From an uncultured Collinsella sp. (GTDB lineage Bacteria; Actinomycetota; Coriobacteriia; Coriobacteriales; Coriobacteriaceae), in assembly GCA_958423535.1 (NCBI GenBank), contig CATZRJ010000002.1, positions 11,987-75,986 on the forward strand: a stretch of DNA of 64,000 nucleotides, in the 5' to 3' direction. The notes under the pieces are model-generated. The model saw only the letters and a program-made list of their open reading frames with translations. It was not told the origin of the DNA and did not search any database. This document shows, piece by piece, positions 30,423 to 41,077 of this stretch. Each line of letters starts with the position of its first letter. Positions within the stretch are counted from its first letter, which is position 1. A program made the translations under genes and the position numbers.

Positions 30423-31942
30423 TGATCCCTCCTACCCTGATACATCGCGGCCTCGAGTACATGATCTTGCGTTACTTGCTCGCTTTCGGCGACATCGGCG
30501 ATCGTGCGCGCGATGCGCACCAGGCGCACGATGCCGCGCCCCGTGAGATGCGTGCGCTTCGACAGGCCAAGTACGCACGTTTCCGCCGCCTGATCGAGCG
30601 CAAAAGCCGATACAACACCATCGATAGAGCGGGCCTCGGCATCCTCGGCCTCGGCATCTGCATCGTCCATACGGGACTCGCGCCAGGCACGAAAAGCCCT
30701 ACCGCGGACAACGTAGTCGCGAAGCTCGGCCGACGACATGCCCTCGGCGCCCTCGATAATCACCTGCGGATCGGGGCGAGTCACGTCGATCATCAGGTCG
30801 ATGCGGTCGGCCAAGGGGCCGCGCAGCTTGGACCGATAGCGCTCGACCATCGATGCCGAGCAACGACAAGGAACCTCGCGATCGCCCAAAAAGCCGCAGG
30901 GGCAGGGATTGCTCGCCGCAAGCAGCTGAAAGCGCGAGGGAAACGTAAAGGCCCCGTCGACGCGCACGATCCTCACGTAGCCTCGCTCGATAGGCTGCCT
31001 GAGCGTCTGCAGCACACCGGTGGGAAACTCGGCAAGCTCGTCCAAAAAGAGCACGCCGCCATGGGCAAGGCTGATCTCGCCCGGATGCACCGGGCGCCCT
31101 CCACCAATAAGACCCGCTGTCGAAATGCTGTGATGGGGGCTTCGAAACGGCCGATGTCCCGCAAGCAGGCCATCGATGTTCTCCCCCAAGACCGAATGAA
31201 TGCACAGCGCCTCCTGCTGATCCTCGACGGAAAGCTCGGGCAAGATACCCGTCATGCGGCGCGCAAGCATGGTCTTGCCCGATCCCGGAGACCCGATCAT
31301 GAGCAGGCCCAACTCCCCTGCCGCCGCAAGCGCCATGCCACGCTTGGCGACCTCCTGCCCCAACACATCGGCATAATCGAGCTCGGGCTCAAAGGTGGCC
31401 TCGAGCACTTCAGAATCAAGATAGTGCCGAGCCGCCTCGCCCATACCGTGAGCAAGCTGCGACAGATGGTCGATAAAACCGCAGTCGACCCCCGCCAGCG
31501 GAACATGCTGGTCGGACCTGCCGGCGATAAAAGACAGCCCCATGTCGCGAGCCAGCAACTGAAACGCCACCTCGCCCTTGACGGGAAGCACCGTGCCATC
31601 CAGGCCGAGCTCGCCGGCAATGAGGCAGCGGTCGAGATTGTCGCGGGGAATCTGCCCGTCGGCCGCAAGCACTGCAATGGCTATCGGTAGGTCAAAGCCG
31701 CTACCGGTCTTTCGGATATCACCCGGCGCCAGATTGACCGTAATGCCCGAGCGCGGGATCTCGAATCCGGCAGAGCGCATCGCGCAGCGAATGCGCCCGC
31801 GCGACTCCATGACCTCCATACTCGGGATGCCGAGCATCTGGATGCCCGGGATGCCGCCAGCAAGCGACACCTCGACCGTGACGGGAATCGCCTCGACGCC
31901 GCGAATACAGGCTGCGTGAACGGCAAAGGTTTCGAACGCCAT
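30419..31942 (-). CDS. comM: ComM/YifB AAA+ helicase
   Basis: TVNLAPG, FDLPIA, GSPGSGKT, FRSPHH, PGEISLAHGGVLFLDE, NPCPCG. Confidence 0.93.
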   Translation of the reverse strand: MAFETFAVHAACIRGVEAIPVTVEVSLAGGIPGIQMLGIPSMEVMESRGRIRCAMRSAGFEIPRSGITVNLAPGDIRKTGSGFDLPIAIAVLAADGQIPRDNLDRCLIAGELGLDGTVLPVKGEVAFQLLARDMGLSFIAGRSDQHVPLAGVDCGFIDHLSQLAHGMGEAARHYLDSEVLEATFEPELDYADVLGQEVAKRGMALAAAGELGLLMIGSPGSGKTMLARRMTGILPELSVEDQQEALCIHSVLGENIDGLLAGHRPFRSPHHSISTAGLIGGGRPVHPGEISLAHGGVLFLDELAEFPTGVLQTLRQPIERGYVRIVRVDGAFTFPSRFQLLAASNPCPCGFLGDREVPCRCSASMVERYRSKLRGPLADRIDLMIDVTRPDPQVIIEGAEGMSSAELRDYVVRGRAFRAWRESRMDDADAEAEDAEARSIDGVVSAFALDQAAETCVLGLSKRTHLTGRGIVRLVRIARTIADVAESEQVTQDHVLEAAMYQGRRDQ

Positions 31943-32427
31943 CACGACACCTGCCAATCGAACGCGTTGTACTGGTGCTCGATCTCGGCGATATGCCCGC
32001 CGCGAATGGTGACGCCCACGGCATCGAAGCGAATCGCCTTGAGCGGATAATGCTCCATGAGGTAGCAGCTCGCGATGCGACGGTAGCGCCGCTGCTTTTG
32101 GGCATTCACCGCCTCCTCGGGAAACACCCGCGTGTCACAATCCAGCGCAACACGCCTGGTCTTGACCTCGGCCATCACCACCACATCATCAAGCTCGTCG
32201 AGCAGCACCAGGTCGGCCTCGCCCTCCGAGCATCGATAGCCTTGTTCCAGCAATGCATAGCCGCGCTCGTTAAAGTAGTCAATCGCGATGAGCTCGCCCA
32301 GCATACCGAGCTCGCGAGGACTGAGCCCCTTGATAAACTCAGGCGTGATCGACCCGCAATCGAGCTCCCCCTCTTCCCAACGCTCCTTGAGCTGCTGCGT
32401 CTTACTCAGTTTGCCTGCGGCACACAT
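31942..32427 (-). CDS. yraN: YraN family nuclease with N-terminal extension
   Basis: G..GE..A, GEADLV, AEVKTR, IRFD; GAAAGGAG SD before ATG at 32427. Confidence 0.88.
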   Translation of the reverse strand: MCAAGKLSKTQQLKERWEEGELDCGSITPEFIKGLSPRELGMLGELIAIDYFNERGYALLEQGYRCSEGEADLVLLDELDDVVVMAEVKTRRVALDCDTRVFPEEAVNAQKQRRYRRIASCYLMEHYPLKAIRFDAVGVTIRGGHIAEIEHQYNAFDWQVS

Positions 32428-32501
32428 GGGGTCTCCTTTCCCGCTCTCTGCATTGCCTCGATAATGAGGGCAGGTTTCATGCGGGTAAGTACCGGAAGCA
32501 G

Positions 32502-32518
32502 ACCAAAAGCTGACCAAA
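32502..32518 (-). promoter_or_regulatory. putative competence-regulon box TTTGGTCAGCTTTTGGT (copy 2)
   Basis: 17/17 identical to 4164-4180; upstream of yraN-comM-dprA. Confidence 0.65.
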
Positions 32519-32615
32519 TGCCGACAAAAAACGGGCCGTACGCAACAATCACGTTGCACACGGCCCCTACCAGCAAGTTTATGGAACCCTTCAGGTCCCT
32601 GTCTCCACAATTGGC

Positions 32616-33404
32616 CTAAAAAAGGCGCTCAGTCTGCAGAAAGTTTCCGCAAAAGCTCACACGGTGCAGAGGAGAAAGACCGTGTTTGCGAATGGCCTCG
32701 ATGTGATCGGGGCTCGCATAGCCCTTCGACTCGGCCAGATGGTACTCGGGATACTCGGCGTCGTACTCGACCATCATCTCGTCACGCGTGACCTTGGCCA
32801 TGATGGATGCCGCAGCGATACAGGCGATCTTGGCATCGCCCTTCACCACGTCACGTTCGTTGGGAACGGCACCCAGGGGGTTGCCGTCCATAAGCACGCA
32901 ATCGGGCTCGAGCCCCGTATCTGCCACCGCACCCGCGACAGCGGCGCGAATGGCGCGGGCCATGCCCATCTCATCGATATCCGCAGGAGCGATATGGCAA
33001 AAACCGATGGCCGTCGCCACCTCGGCAATCTTCACCGAGAGCAGCTCACGGCGCGCCGGCGTGAGCTTTTTGGAATCGTTGATGCCCCAGATGCGAGGCT
33101 CCATCGGAAGACACACGGCACACACGGTCAAGGGACCCGCTACCGAGCCACGGCCCACCTCGTCGACGCCCACGACCACGCCATCACCGCCGAGCTCATG
33201 CATAAGCTCATACATGTCGTTGACGCGCTCGCGCTCGGAAAGTTCCTTGGCATGGCGCTTAAGCGCTCGTTCGCAAGCCTTAATCACCTGCTGGCGCGGA
33301 TCCTCGCGATAATGCTCCACGAGGGCGGGAATCTCCTCGAACGTGGCGCTCGCCAGCTCGCCGGCAACCTGCGATGCCGAAACCGAGCTCGTCATATTGG
33401 CCAT
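32616..33404 (-). CDS. rnhB: ribonuclease HII
   Basis: GVDEVGRG, NDSKKL, VKGD, AASIMAKVTRD, HR.SF. Confidence 0.95.
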   Translation of the reverse strand: MANMTSSVSASQVAGELASATFEEIPALVEHYREDPRQQVIKACERALKRHAKELSERERVNDMYELMHELGGDGVVVGVDEVGRGSVAGPLTVCAVCLPMEPRIWGINDSKKLTPARRELLSVKIAEVATAIGFCHIAPADIDEMGMARAIRAAVAGAVADTGLEPDCVLMDGNPLGAVPNERDVVKGDAKIACIAAASIMAKVTRDEMMVEYDAEYPEYHLAESKGYASPDHIEAIRKHGLSPLHRVSFCGNFLQTERLF

Positions 33405-33433
33405 ACCATGCCCTCCTTGCATGCAAATCAGAT

Positions 33434-33463
33434 AAAAAGAAGGGCCACCCGAAGGTGACCCTT
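33434..33463 (-). terminator. intrinsic terminator after rplS
   Basis: AAGGGTCACC-TTCG-GGTGGCCCTT followed by CTTTTT on minus strand. Confidence 0.8.
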
Positions 33464-33497
33464 GTGTCCAAACGAGTGGACAGACGCTGCGATCTTC

Positions 33498-33839
33498 TTA
33501 GCGCTTCTCGGGGATGCGAGCAGCCTTGCCCACCTTGTCGCGGAGGTAGTACAGCTTGGCGCGACGGACGCGACCATGACGGACGACCTCGAGCTTGGCG
33601 ATCTTGGGGCTGTGAAGCGGGAAGGTACGCTCAACACCGACACCGAAGGAAATCTTGCGGACGGTGAAGGTCTCGCGGGCACCGGCGCCGGCCATGCGGA
33701 TGACGTCGCCCTGGAAAACCTGGATGCGCTCGCGGTCGCCTTCCTTAATGCGGTAGTGAACCTTGACGTTGTCGGCAACGCGGACCTGCGGGATGTCCTC
33801 GCGGATCTGCTGACGCTCGATTGCGCGGATGTAATCCAT
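33498..33839 (-). CDS. rplS: 50S ribosomal protein L19
   Basis: [27 protein letters not shown]. Confidence 0.97.
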   Translation of the reverse strand: MDYIRAIERQQIREDIPQVRVADNVKVHYRIKEGDRERIQVFQGDVIRMAGAGARETFTVRKISFGVGVERTFPLHSPKIAKLEVVRHGRVRRAKLYYLRDKVGKAARIPEKR

Positions 33840-34047
33840 GTGCAATTCCTTACTCTTCTAGAGGTGCCGTACCACCTTGGCCGGCACGTAGTTGAACAAA
33901 CGTATTCGAGTATACACGCGCGGGTTTCTGCTGCAAGAACAATTTTTTACGCAGACAAAAAGACAAAACCCGCACATGATAACCGCCCGCCTCGCGAATG
34001 AGACGGGCGGCATGAAGGGGCTACGCTAGGCGTCTAAACCCAAAACG

Positions 34048-36798
34048 TTAGGCGGAGCGCTTCGCCTCGAGCTTGGCCTGCGCGGCCGTAAGACGTGCGA
34101 GGGGTACGCGATAGGGCGAACAGGACACATAGTCCACGTCGGCCACGTTGAACAGGTCCTTAATGGATTTGGGGTCGCCGCCGTGCTCGCCGCACACGCC
34201 AAAGTGCATGTCGGGGTTGGTGGTGCGACCCTTCTCAACGGCCATGCGCACCAGCTCGAGTACCGCCGAGTCGATGGTCTCGAAGGGGTTGTCCTTCAAG
34301 ATCTTCTTGTGCATGTACAGGGGGATGAACTTGGCCTCGGCGTCGTCGCGAGAGAAGCCGAAGGTCGTCTGCGTAAGGTCGTTGGTGCCAAAGCAGAAGA
34401 AGTCGGCGTGCTGAGCGATCTCGTCGGCGACCATACAGGCGCGCGGCAGCTCGAGCATCGTGCCCACGGGAATATTGAGCTCGACGCCCTCCTCGGCAGA
34501 AACCTCGGCGATCACGCGCTCGATGACCTCGCGGGTCTGGACATGCTCCGCCGTAATGGAGACAAGCGGAACCATGATCTCGGGACGCGGATCGACGCCC
34601 TCCTTAATAAGGCGGGCGGCTGCCGTGGCGACAGCGCGAACTTGCATGAGTGGCAGGTCGCCAAAGACAACGGACAGGCGCACGCCGCGCAAGCCGAGCA
34701 TGGGGTTCGACTCGACCATGCCGTCGATACGACGCAGTCGGGCACGTAGGACGGCAAGCTCTTCCTCGCTGGCGCCAGCGGCTTCCTTCTTGGTGATGGC
34801 GACCTCGAGCTCGCGAGGATTATCCAGGAACTCATGCAGCGGCGGATCGAGCAGGCGGACGACCACATCGCGACCGGACATGGTCTTGAACATCGCCAGG
34901 AAGTCCTCAGTCTGAACCTTGAGTAGGTCAGCCAGGGCCTGCTGCTTCACGGCCTCATCATCGGACAGGATGAAGCTCTGGATGATGTTTTTGCGGTCGC
35001 CCAGGAACATGTGCTCGGTGCGGCACAGGCCGATAGCCTCGGCGCCAAACTCGAGGGCGAGCGCGGCATCCTCGGGGTTGTCGGCGTTGACGCGCACATG
35101 GTTGGCGTGGCCGCCGGTCTCGTCCAGACGAATCTCGTCGGCCCAGGACAGGATGGTGTCCAGGTCGCCGGTGAGCTCGGCCGAAACCAGATCAACGGCG
35201 CCGTCGACGACGATACCCTGGGTGCCGTCGATGGAGATGACATCGCCCTCATGTAGCACGCGGTCGCTGCCCTCGATGCGCACGACCTTCTCGGCGGCGT
35301 CGATGTGGAAGCGCTCGACGCCGCAGACGCAGGGCGTGCCCATACCGCGAGCGATAACGGCGGCATGGCTCGTCTTGCCACCGTGGCTGGTCAGGATACC
35401 CTCGGCGGCGACCATACCCTTCAGGTCGTCGGGGTTGGTCTCCCAGCGGACCAGAATGACCTTATGGCCCTCGGCAGAACGCGCGACGGCGTCATCGCTC
35501 GAGAACACGACCTCGCCCACGGCGGCACCGGGACTGGCGTTAAGGCCGCATGCGAGCGGCTCGTACTTCTTGGAGGAGTCGAACTGCGGGTGCAGGAGCT
35601 GGTCGAGCTGCGCGGGATCGATTCGGCCCACAGCCTCCTCGCGGGTGATCAGACCCTCCTCGACCATTTCGATGGCAATGCGCAGGGCGGCGGTGGCAGT
35701 GCGCTTGCCCACGCGGGTCTGGAGCATCCAGAGCTTGCCCTGCTCGATGGTGAACTCGATATCGCACATATCGCGGTAATGGTCCTCGAGCGTCAGGAAC
35801 ACGCGCTCGAGCTCCTCACCTGCAGACTCGAGGCCCGGGGTGGCCTTGAGGTCGGCAATGGGCTCGGTGTTGCGGATGCCGGCGACAACGTCCTCACCCT
35901 GGGCGTTAACCAAAAAGTCACCGTAGAACTCCTTGGTGCCGTCGGCCGGGTTGCGCGTAAAGGCGACGCCGGTCGCAGAGGTATCGCCCTTGTTGCCAAA
36001 GACCATGGCCTGCACGTTGACGGCGGTGCCGAGATCGTCGGAAATGCCATGCTGCTTGCGGTAGATGCGGGCACGCTCGTTCATCCAGCTGCCAAAGACG
36101 GCCTGAATGGCAAGGCGCAGCTGGAGCTCCGGATCGCGCGGGAAGACGGGCTTGCCGTCCGCGACCTCGAGCTCGGGGTACAGAGCGGCCTCAACGTTGT
36201 CTGAGTAAATGCCCTTGAAAGTCTCGACGAGCTCCTGCAGGTCCTCGGCTGAAAGCTCGGAATCGACGCGAACACCGGCAACCAGGCGGGCCTGGGTCAG
36301 GGCGTTCTCGAACAGGTCGGAATCGACGCCCATAACGACGTTGGAGAACATCTGGATAAAGCGGCGGTAGCTGTCCCAGGCAAAGCGCGGGTTTTGCGTC
36401 TGGGCGATGAGGCCCTGAACGGAGTCGTCGTTGAGGCCCAAGTTGAGGACCGTGTCCATCATGCCGGGCATGGAGAACGGAGCGCCCGAGCGCACCGATA
36501 CGAGCAGCGGATCGGAGGCGTCGCCGAGCTTCTTGCCGCAGCGGGCCTCGAGGTCGGCCTCGGCAGCAACGATCTCATCGAGTGCACCTTCGGGCCAGAC
36601 GTTGCCGGCACCGGAGTACTCGACACAGGTCTGGCAGGTAATGGTAAAGCCACCGGGAACCGGCAGGCCGATGCGGCTCATCTCGGCTAGGTTTGCGCCC
36701 TTGCCGCCAAGCACGAAGTTCATGGACTTGTCGCCCTCAGTGACGCAGGTGCCCTGGGCGTCGGTTCCAAAACGGTAAACCCTCTTGCAATCGCTCAC
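34048..36798 (-). CDS. ppdK: pyruvate phosphate dikinase
   Basis: LGGKGANLAEM, GGKTSHAAV phospho-His, GLCRTEHMF, GVCGEHGGDP. Confidence 0.96.
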   Translation of the reverse strand: MSDCKRVYRFGTDAQGTCVTEGDKSMNFVLGGKGANLAEMSRIGLPVPGGFTITCQTCVEYSGAGNVWPEGALDEIVAAEADLEARCGKKLGDASDPLLVSVRSGAPFSMPGMMDTVLNLGLNDDSVQGLIAQTQNPRFAWDSYRRFIQMFSNVVMGVDSDLFENALTQARLVAGVRVDSELSAEDLQELVETFKGIYSDNVEAALYPELEVADGKPVFPRDPELQLRLAIQAVFGSWMNERARIYRKQHGISDDLGTAVNVQAMVFGNKGDTSATGVAFTRNPADGTKEFYGDFLVNAQGEDVVAGIRNTEPIADLKATPGLESAGEELERVFLTLEDHYRDMCDIEFTIEQGKLWMLQTRVGKRTATAALRIAIEMVEEGLITREEAVGRIDPAQLDQLLHPQFDSSKKYEPLACGLNASPGAAVGEVVFSSDDAVARSAEGHKVILVRWETNPDDLKGMVAAEGILTSHGGKTSHAAVIARGMGTPCVCGVERFHIDAAEKVVRIEGSDRVLHEGDVISIDGTQGIVVDGAVDLVSAELTGDLDTILSWADEIRLDETGGHANHVRVNADNPEDAALALEFGAEAIGLCRTEHMFLGDRKNIIQSFILSDDEAVKQQALADLLKVQTEDFLAMFKTMSGRDVVVRLLDPPLHEFLDNPRELEVAITKKEAAGASEEELAVLRARLRRIDGMVESNPMLGLRGVRLSVVFGDLPLMQVRAVATAAARLIKEGVDPRPEIMVPLVSITAEHVQTREVIERVIAEVSAEEGVELNIPVGTMLELPRACMVADEIAQHADFFCFGTNDLTQTTFGFSRDDAEAKFIPLYMHKKILKDNPFETIDSAVLELVRMAVEKGRTTNPDMHFGVCGEHGGDPKSIKDLFNVADVDYVSCSPYRVPLARLTAAQAKLEAKRSA

Positions 36799-36920
36799 GA
36801 TACTTCCCCTTCCATACGCTCTCGCGCACGACCGTGGTGACGAATCAACCCGCCGGATGCGGGCCGTGAGGGAACTATACGGCGGGTTTCACGCTGACAT
36901 GAGAAGAGGGTGCGGGGTTT

Positions 36921-36958
36921 GGTAAACGAGGTAAATGTAGCGGTAAACGGTAGGTAAA
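36921..36958. repeat. four GGTAAA direct repeats upstream of ppdK
   Basis: copies at 36921, 36930, 36942 and 36953. Confidence 0.7.
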
Positions 36959-37054
36959 GGTGGCTACCTTATGAAGATACCAACGCAAGAAACTTGCAGG
37001 TCAAATGCAAGTTCTTTGCTAAATCGCTTTATCATTATCGTGCATTATTTATAG

Positions 37055-37089
37055 GTAGTCTTTTTAAGACGGTGCATTTTTAGCTACCC
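37055..37089 (+). repeat. REP-like element (GTAG...CTAC termini)
   Basis: 28/35 identical to the reverse complement of 45086-45119. Confidence 0.6.
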
Positions 37090-37096
37090 CAAAGAG

Positions 37097-37972
37097 CTAG
37101 CTTTGCTGGGCTCGGCGGACGGCGCGACAGGCACGGGCTTCTTGGATTTCCTCCAAGTGACTAATGATCTCGGAGGCGCTCTCCTCGATCGCCTTGCCGT
37201 CGGTGCGCACCACAAAACAGCCCAGGCGCTTCATAAGGGCACGGGCTTCCTCGAGCTCGCTGCGAACGCTCTCGGGCTCGGCATAGGAGCCTGCGACGGC
37301 GCGGGCGTAGTCATCGCCCAAGCGGCTATCGCGAATCCCGGAGATCACATCGACAGTGGAAATCAGTCCGAACAACCGCATCGGGTCGACCTCGTAAATT
37401 GACTTCGGCGGCTCCAAGCCATGGGCCAAAGGAACATTGGCAACCTTGTAACCCTGATAGGCCAAATACATCGACAGCGGCGTCTTGGACGTACGCGACA
37501 CACCCAGCAGCACGATATCGGCACCCGACAGATCGTCGCAACCGCGCCCGTCGTCGTGCTCAACGAAATACTCCATGGCCTCGATACGATGGAAATAACG
37601 GTCATCGGTCTTGTGAATAACGCCCGCAACGCCCTTGGGCGGCACACCGATGAGCGACGACAACACGGCAAGTGTCGGGCCGATCAAGTCGACCGAGCGG
37701 ATATGCAGCATACCCAGGTAATCGAGCACGCGGGCGCGAAGCGCCGGATCGACAATGGTGTGGAACACGGCAATATCGCGATGGTCTGCATCAACGCGCT
37801 GGCCCACAAACGACTTGACCTGCTCCACAGAGTTCACCTTGGGCAGGCGCAAGAGACGAAAAGCCCCTTCATCAAATTGCCCGGACGCCGCAAGCACCAC
37901 CTCACAAGCGGTATCACCGAGCGAGTCGGAGATAACGATAACGGTGGGACGAGCGGTGACCGGGCAATCCAT
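37097..37972 (-). CDS. PPDK regulatory kinase/pyrophosphorylase (PDRP/YqfL family)
   Basis: ISDSLGDT, HDDG, LLGVSRTSKTP, KVANVP; adjacent to ppdK. Confidence 0.92.
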   Translation of the reverse strand: MDCPVTARPTVIVISDSLGDTACEVVLAASGQFDEGAFRLLRLPKVNSVEQVKSFVGQRVDADHRDIAVFHTIVDPALRARVLDYLGMLHIRSVDLIGPTLAVLSSLIGVPPKGVAGVIHKTDDRYFHRIEAMEYFVEHDDGRGCDDLSGADIVLLGVSRTSKTPLSMYLAYQGYKVANVPLAHGLEPPKSIYEVDPMRLFGLISTVDVISGIRDSRLGDDYARAVAGSYAEPESVRSELEEARALMKRLGCFVVRTDGKAIEESASEIISHLEEIQEARACRAVRRAQQS

Positions 37973-38006
37973 GCGGGGCTCCTTTTGCGCTTATGCGCAG
38001 GCTAGC

Positions 38007-40103
38007 TTACTTTTTGCGAGCAAGCTCACCGATGTTTGCGATGCCGGAGAAAACGGCCTCAAAGCGGTTGAGCAGCTTAAGGCGATTATCGCGGAGCTGC
38101 TCGTCCTTGTCCATGACCATAACCTCGTCGAAGAAGCGGTCGATGGGGGCGCGCAGAGCTGCAAGGGCGGCAAATGCGGCCGGGTAATCCTCGGCGGCGA
38201 GAGCAGCATCGACGGCGATCTGAGCAGCCTCGGAGGCGTCGGCGAGCGCGAGCTCGACCTCGCCCATCAGGCTGCGGTCGTACTCCGCACCCAGCTCGGG
38301 CTTGGAGATGTGCGCGGCGCGGGCATAGGCGGTAGCCAGGTTGTCGAAGGTCTCGGCATCGTTCTTGCGGGCTTCGTCGAGGGCGGCGCAGCGGGCGAAG
38401 AAGACCGACGGGGCGATGATGTGCACCGCAGAGACGGCGGCGACGGTATCGGCAGGAATCTTCTCGTCGCGGGCCATGCTCACCAGGCGGCCATGGAAGA
38501 AGTCACGGACCTGTTGGGCGACCTCGGCGGCGTCGAACTCAATGCCTTGCTCGCTATAGAGCTCAAGGGCAAAGTCGATCAGCGACGTGGGGTCGATCGG
38601 CAGACGATCGCGCAGGATGTTGATAATGCCGATAGCGGCGCGACGCAGCGCGTACGGGTCCGAAGAGCCGGTCGGAGGCTCGCCGATGGCAAAGATACCG
38701 GCGATGGTATCGAGCTTGTCGGCACAGGCCACGATGCAGCCAGCGGTGCCCTCGGGCAGCTCATCGCCTGCAAAGCGGGGACGATAGTGATCGCGGATGG
38801 CGTGGGCGACCTCGTCGTTCTCCCCCATCGCGATAGCGTAGTAACTGCCCATCACGCCCTGCTGGCTCGTGAACTCGACGACGGCGTTGGATACCAGGTC
38901 GGCCTTGCACAGGTGAGCGGCGCGAGCGGCATCGGCGGCAAGGTGGGCGCCCAGATGGGCCTCGCGAGCGATGGCGAGCGCGAGCTGCTCAATGCGCTCG
39001 GACTTGGCGAGCACGCTACCGAGCTTCTCCTGGAAGGCGACCTTGGCCAGACGCTCGCGGAACTCGTCGAGGGAGATCTTCAGGTCCTCCTCGTAGAAGA
39101 ACTTGGCGTCGTCCAGACGGGCGCGCACGACGCGCTCGTTGCCGTCGATCACGCGCTCGGCGTTCTCGGGCTTGCTGTTGGAGACGACCACGAACTCACG
39201 CGTAAGCTTGCCCTCGCCGTCATAGATCGGGAAGTAGCGCTGGTTGGTGAGCATGGACTCGCAGATAATCTCATGCGGGACCTTGAGGAACTCCTCATCG
39301 AAGGTACCGACGAGCACCGTCGGCCACTCGCAGAGGTTGATGACCTCCTCAAAGACCTTCTTGGGCGTATCGACGTGGCAGCCGGGGCGAGCAGCCTCGA
39401 CCTCGGCGATACCGGCAAGGATAGCCTCACGACGACGCTCGGCAGAGAGCACACCGGCGTCCTCGAGCACCTGCTCGTAGACGGCGGGGCTGGCGACCAC
39501 ATGGTCACCGGGGCCAAGTACGCGATGACCACGCGTGGTGTTGCCACTCGTCACATCGGCAAACGACACGGGCACGACGTCTTCGCCCAGAAGGCAGCAG
39601 ATCCAACGGACCGGACGAACAAACGTAGCGTGCTCGTGGCCCCAACGCTGGCTGCGATAGTTGGGCCACTGCAGGCCAGCGATAGTCTTCTCGCACAGGG
39701 CCGTCAGGATCGGGGTGGCCGGGGCGGAAGGAATGTTCTTCTCGGCAAAGACGTACTCACGACCGTCGGTGTCCTCGCGACGGACCAGGTCCTCGGCAGC
39801 CACACCGCACTTGCGGGCAAACCCCTGGGCGGCCTTGGTGGCATTGCCGTCGGCATCAAAGGCAATGTTTGCCGCAGGGCCGCGCTTGACCTCATGGACC
39901 TCATCGGTCGCGGTGGCGACGTTGGCCACGAGCGCAGCCAGGCGACGCGGGCTCGAGATCACGCGGACCTCGCCATGGGCCAGACCGGCCTCGTCGAGAC
40001 CCTTGGCGATCATGGTGCCAAGCTGCTTGACGGCATTGTTCAGCGGTGCGGAGGGCATTTCCTCCGTACCGATCTCAAACAGGAAATCCTTAGCGTCTGC
40101 CAT
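38007..40103 (-). CDS. glyS: glycine--tRNA ligase beta subunit
   Basis: FEIGTEEMP, SPRRLA, FVRPVRW, GNERVVRARL, GSSDPYALRR. Confidence 0.95.
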   Translation of the reverse strand: MADAKDFLFEIGTEEMPSAPLNNAVKQLGTMIAKGLDEAGLAHGEVRVISSPRRLAALVANVATATDEVHEVKRGPAANIAFDADGNATKAAQGFARKCGVAAEDLVRREDTDGREYVFAEKNIPSAPATPILTALCEKTIAGLQWPNYRSQRWGHEHATFVRPVRWICCLLGEDVVPVSFADVTSGNTTRGHRVLGPGDHVVASPAVYEQVLEDAGVLSAERRREAILAGIAEVEAARPGCHVDTPKKVFEEVINLCEWPTVLVGTFDEEFLKVPHEIICESMLTNQRYFPIYDGEGKLTREFVVVSNSKPENAERVIDGNERVVRARLDDAKFFYEEDLKISLDEFRERLAKVAFQEKLGSVLAKSERIEQLALAIAREAHLGAHLAADAARAAHLCKADLVSNAVVEFTSQQGVMGSYYAIAMGENDEVAHAIRDHYRPRFAGDELPEGTAGCIVACADKLDTIAGIFAIGEPPTGSSDPYALRRAAIGIINILRDRLPIDPTSLIDFALELYSEQGIEFDAAEVAQQVRDFFHGRLVSMARDEKIPADTVAAVSAVHIIAPSVFFARCAALDEARKNDAETFDNLATAYARAAHISKPELGAEYDRSLMGEVELALADASEAAQIAVDAALAAEDYPAAFAALAALRAPIDRFFDEVMVMDKDEQLRDNRLKLLNRFEAVFSGIANIGELARKK

Positions 40104-40106
40104 GGC

Positions 40107-41018
40107 TTACGCCACCTCGCCTTCCTGGTCGGCATTCTCGTTGACTCCGGCGACCTCGGCCATATAGGCCTCGCAGCACGCCTTGGCGACGGCGCGGACG
40201 CGCAGGATGTAGTTGGCACGCTCGACCGCGGACAGCGCGCCACGGGCATCGAGCAGGTTGAAGGCATGGCTGCACTTCATGACGCAGTCGTACGCCGGCA
40301 GCGGCAGCTTGCGCTCCAGACAGGAGTGACACTCGGCCTCGTAGTCGTCAAACTTCTGACGCATCATCTCGACGTTGGCGACCTCAAAGTTGTAGGCGCT
40401 AAACTCACGCTCGTTCTCCAGGAACACGTCGCCATAAGTCATAGGCGTGCCGTCGGGCAGATAGCTCCACACCAAGTCATAGACGGAGTTGACGCCCTGG
40501 GCGTACATGGCGATGCGCTCCAGGCCGTAGGTGATCTCGACGGGCACGGGGTCGACCTCGATGCCGCCCACCTGCTGGAAGTACGTGAACTGCGTGACCT
40601 CCATGCCGTTGAGCCAGACCTCCCAGCCAAGGCCCCAGGCGCCCAGGGTCGGGCTCTCCCAGTCGTCCTCGACAAAACGGACGTCATGGTCGTTGGGGTC
40701 CAGGCCAATGGCAGCCAGCGAACCCAGGTAGAGCTCCTGGGCGTTGACCGGCGACGGCTTGATGAGCACCTGGAACTGATAGTAGTGCTGCATGCGGTTG
40801 GGGTTCTCGCCGTAGCGGCCGTCGGCGGGACGGCGGCAAGGCTGAGCGTAGCAGGTGCGCCACTCGGCGGGACCGAGCGAGCGCAGCGTGGTCGCGGTGT
40901 GGAAGGTACCGGCACCGACCTCAGAGTCATAGGGCTGCATAATGACGCAGCCCTGCTCGCCCCAGTACTGCTGGAGACGCAGGATGATGTCTTGGAAGGA
41001 AAGCGATGAAGCGTTCAT
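40107..41018 (-). CDS. glyQ: glycine--tRNA ligase alpha subunit
   Basis: [35 protein letters not shown]. Confidence 0.96.
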   Translation of the reverse strand: MNASSLSFQDIILRLQQYWGEQGCVIMQPYDSEVGAGTFHTATTLRSLGPAEWRTCYAQPCRRPADGRYGENPNRMQHYYQFQVLIKPSPVNAQELYLGSLAAIGLDPNDHDVRFVEDDWESPTLGAWGLGWEVWLNGMEVTQFTYFQQVGGIEVDPVPVEITYGLERIAMYAQGVNSVYDLVWSYLPDGTPMTYGDVFLENEREFSAYNFEVANVEMMRQKFDDYEAECHSCLERKLPLPAYDCVMKCSHAFNLLDARGALSAVERANYILRVRAVAKACCEAYMAEVAGVNENADQEGEVA

Positions 41019-41077
41019 GCCTCTAATATCCCCTCGTCGAAACGATTACACGGTTAGGTACTGTACTATAGCGGTTT

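Noticed and set aside
37755..41009. 1084-aa plus-strand ORF
   Set aside because: Antisense shadow of glyQ/glyS caused by GC-rich codon bias; no recognisable motifs.
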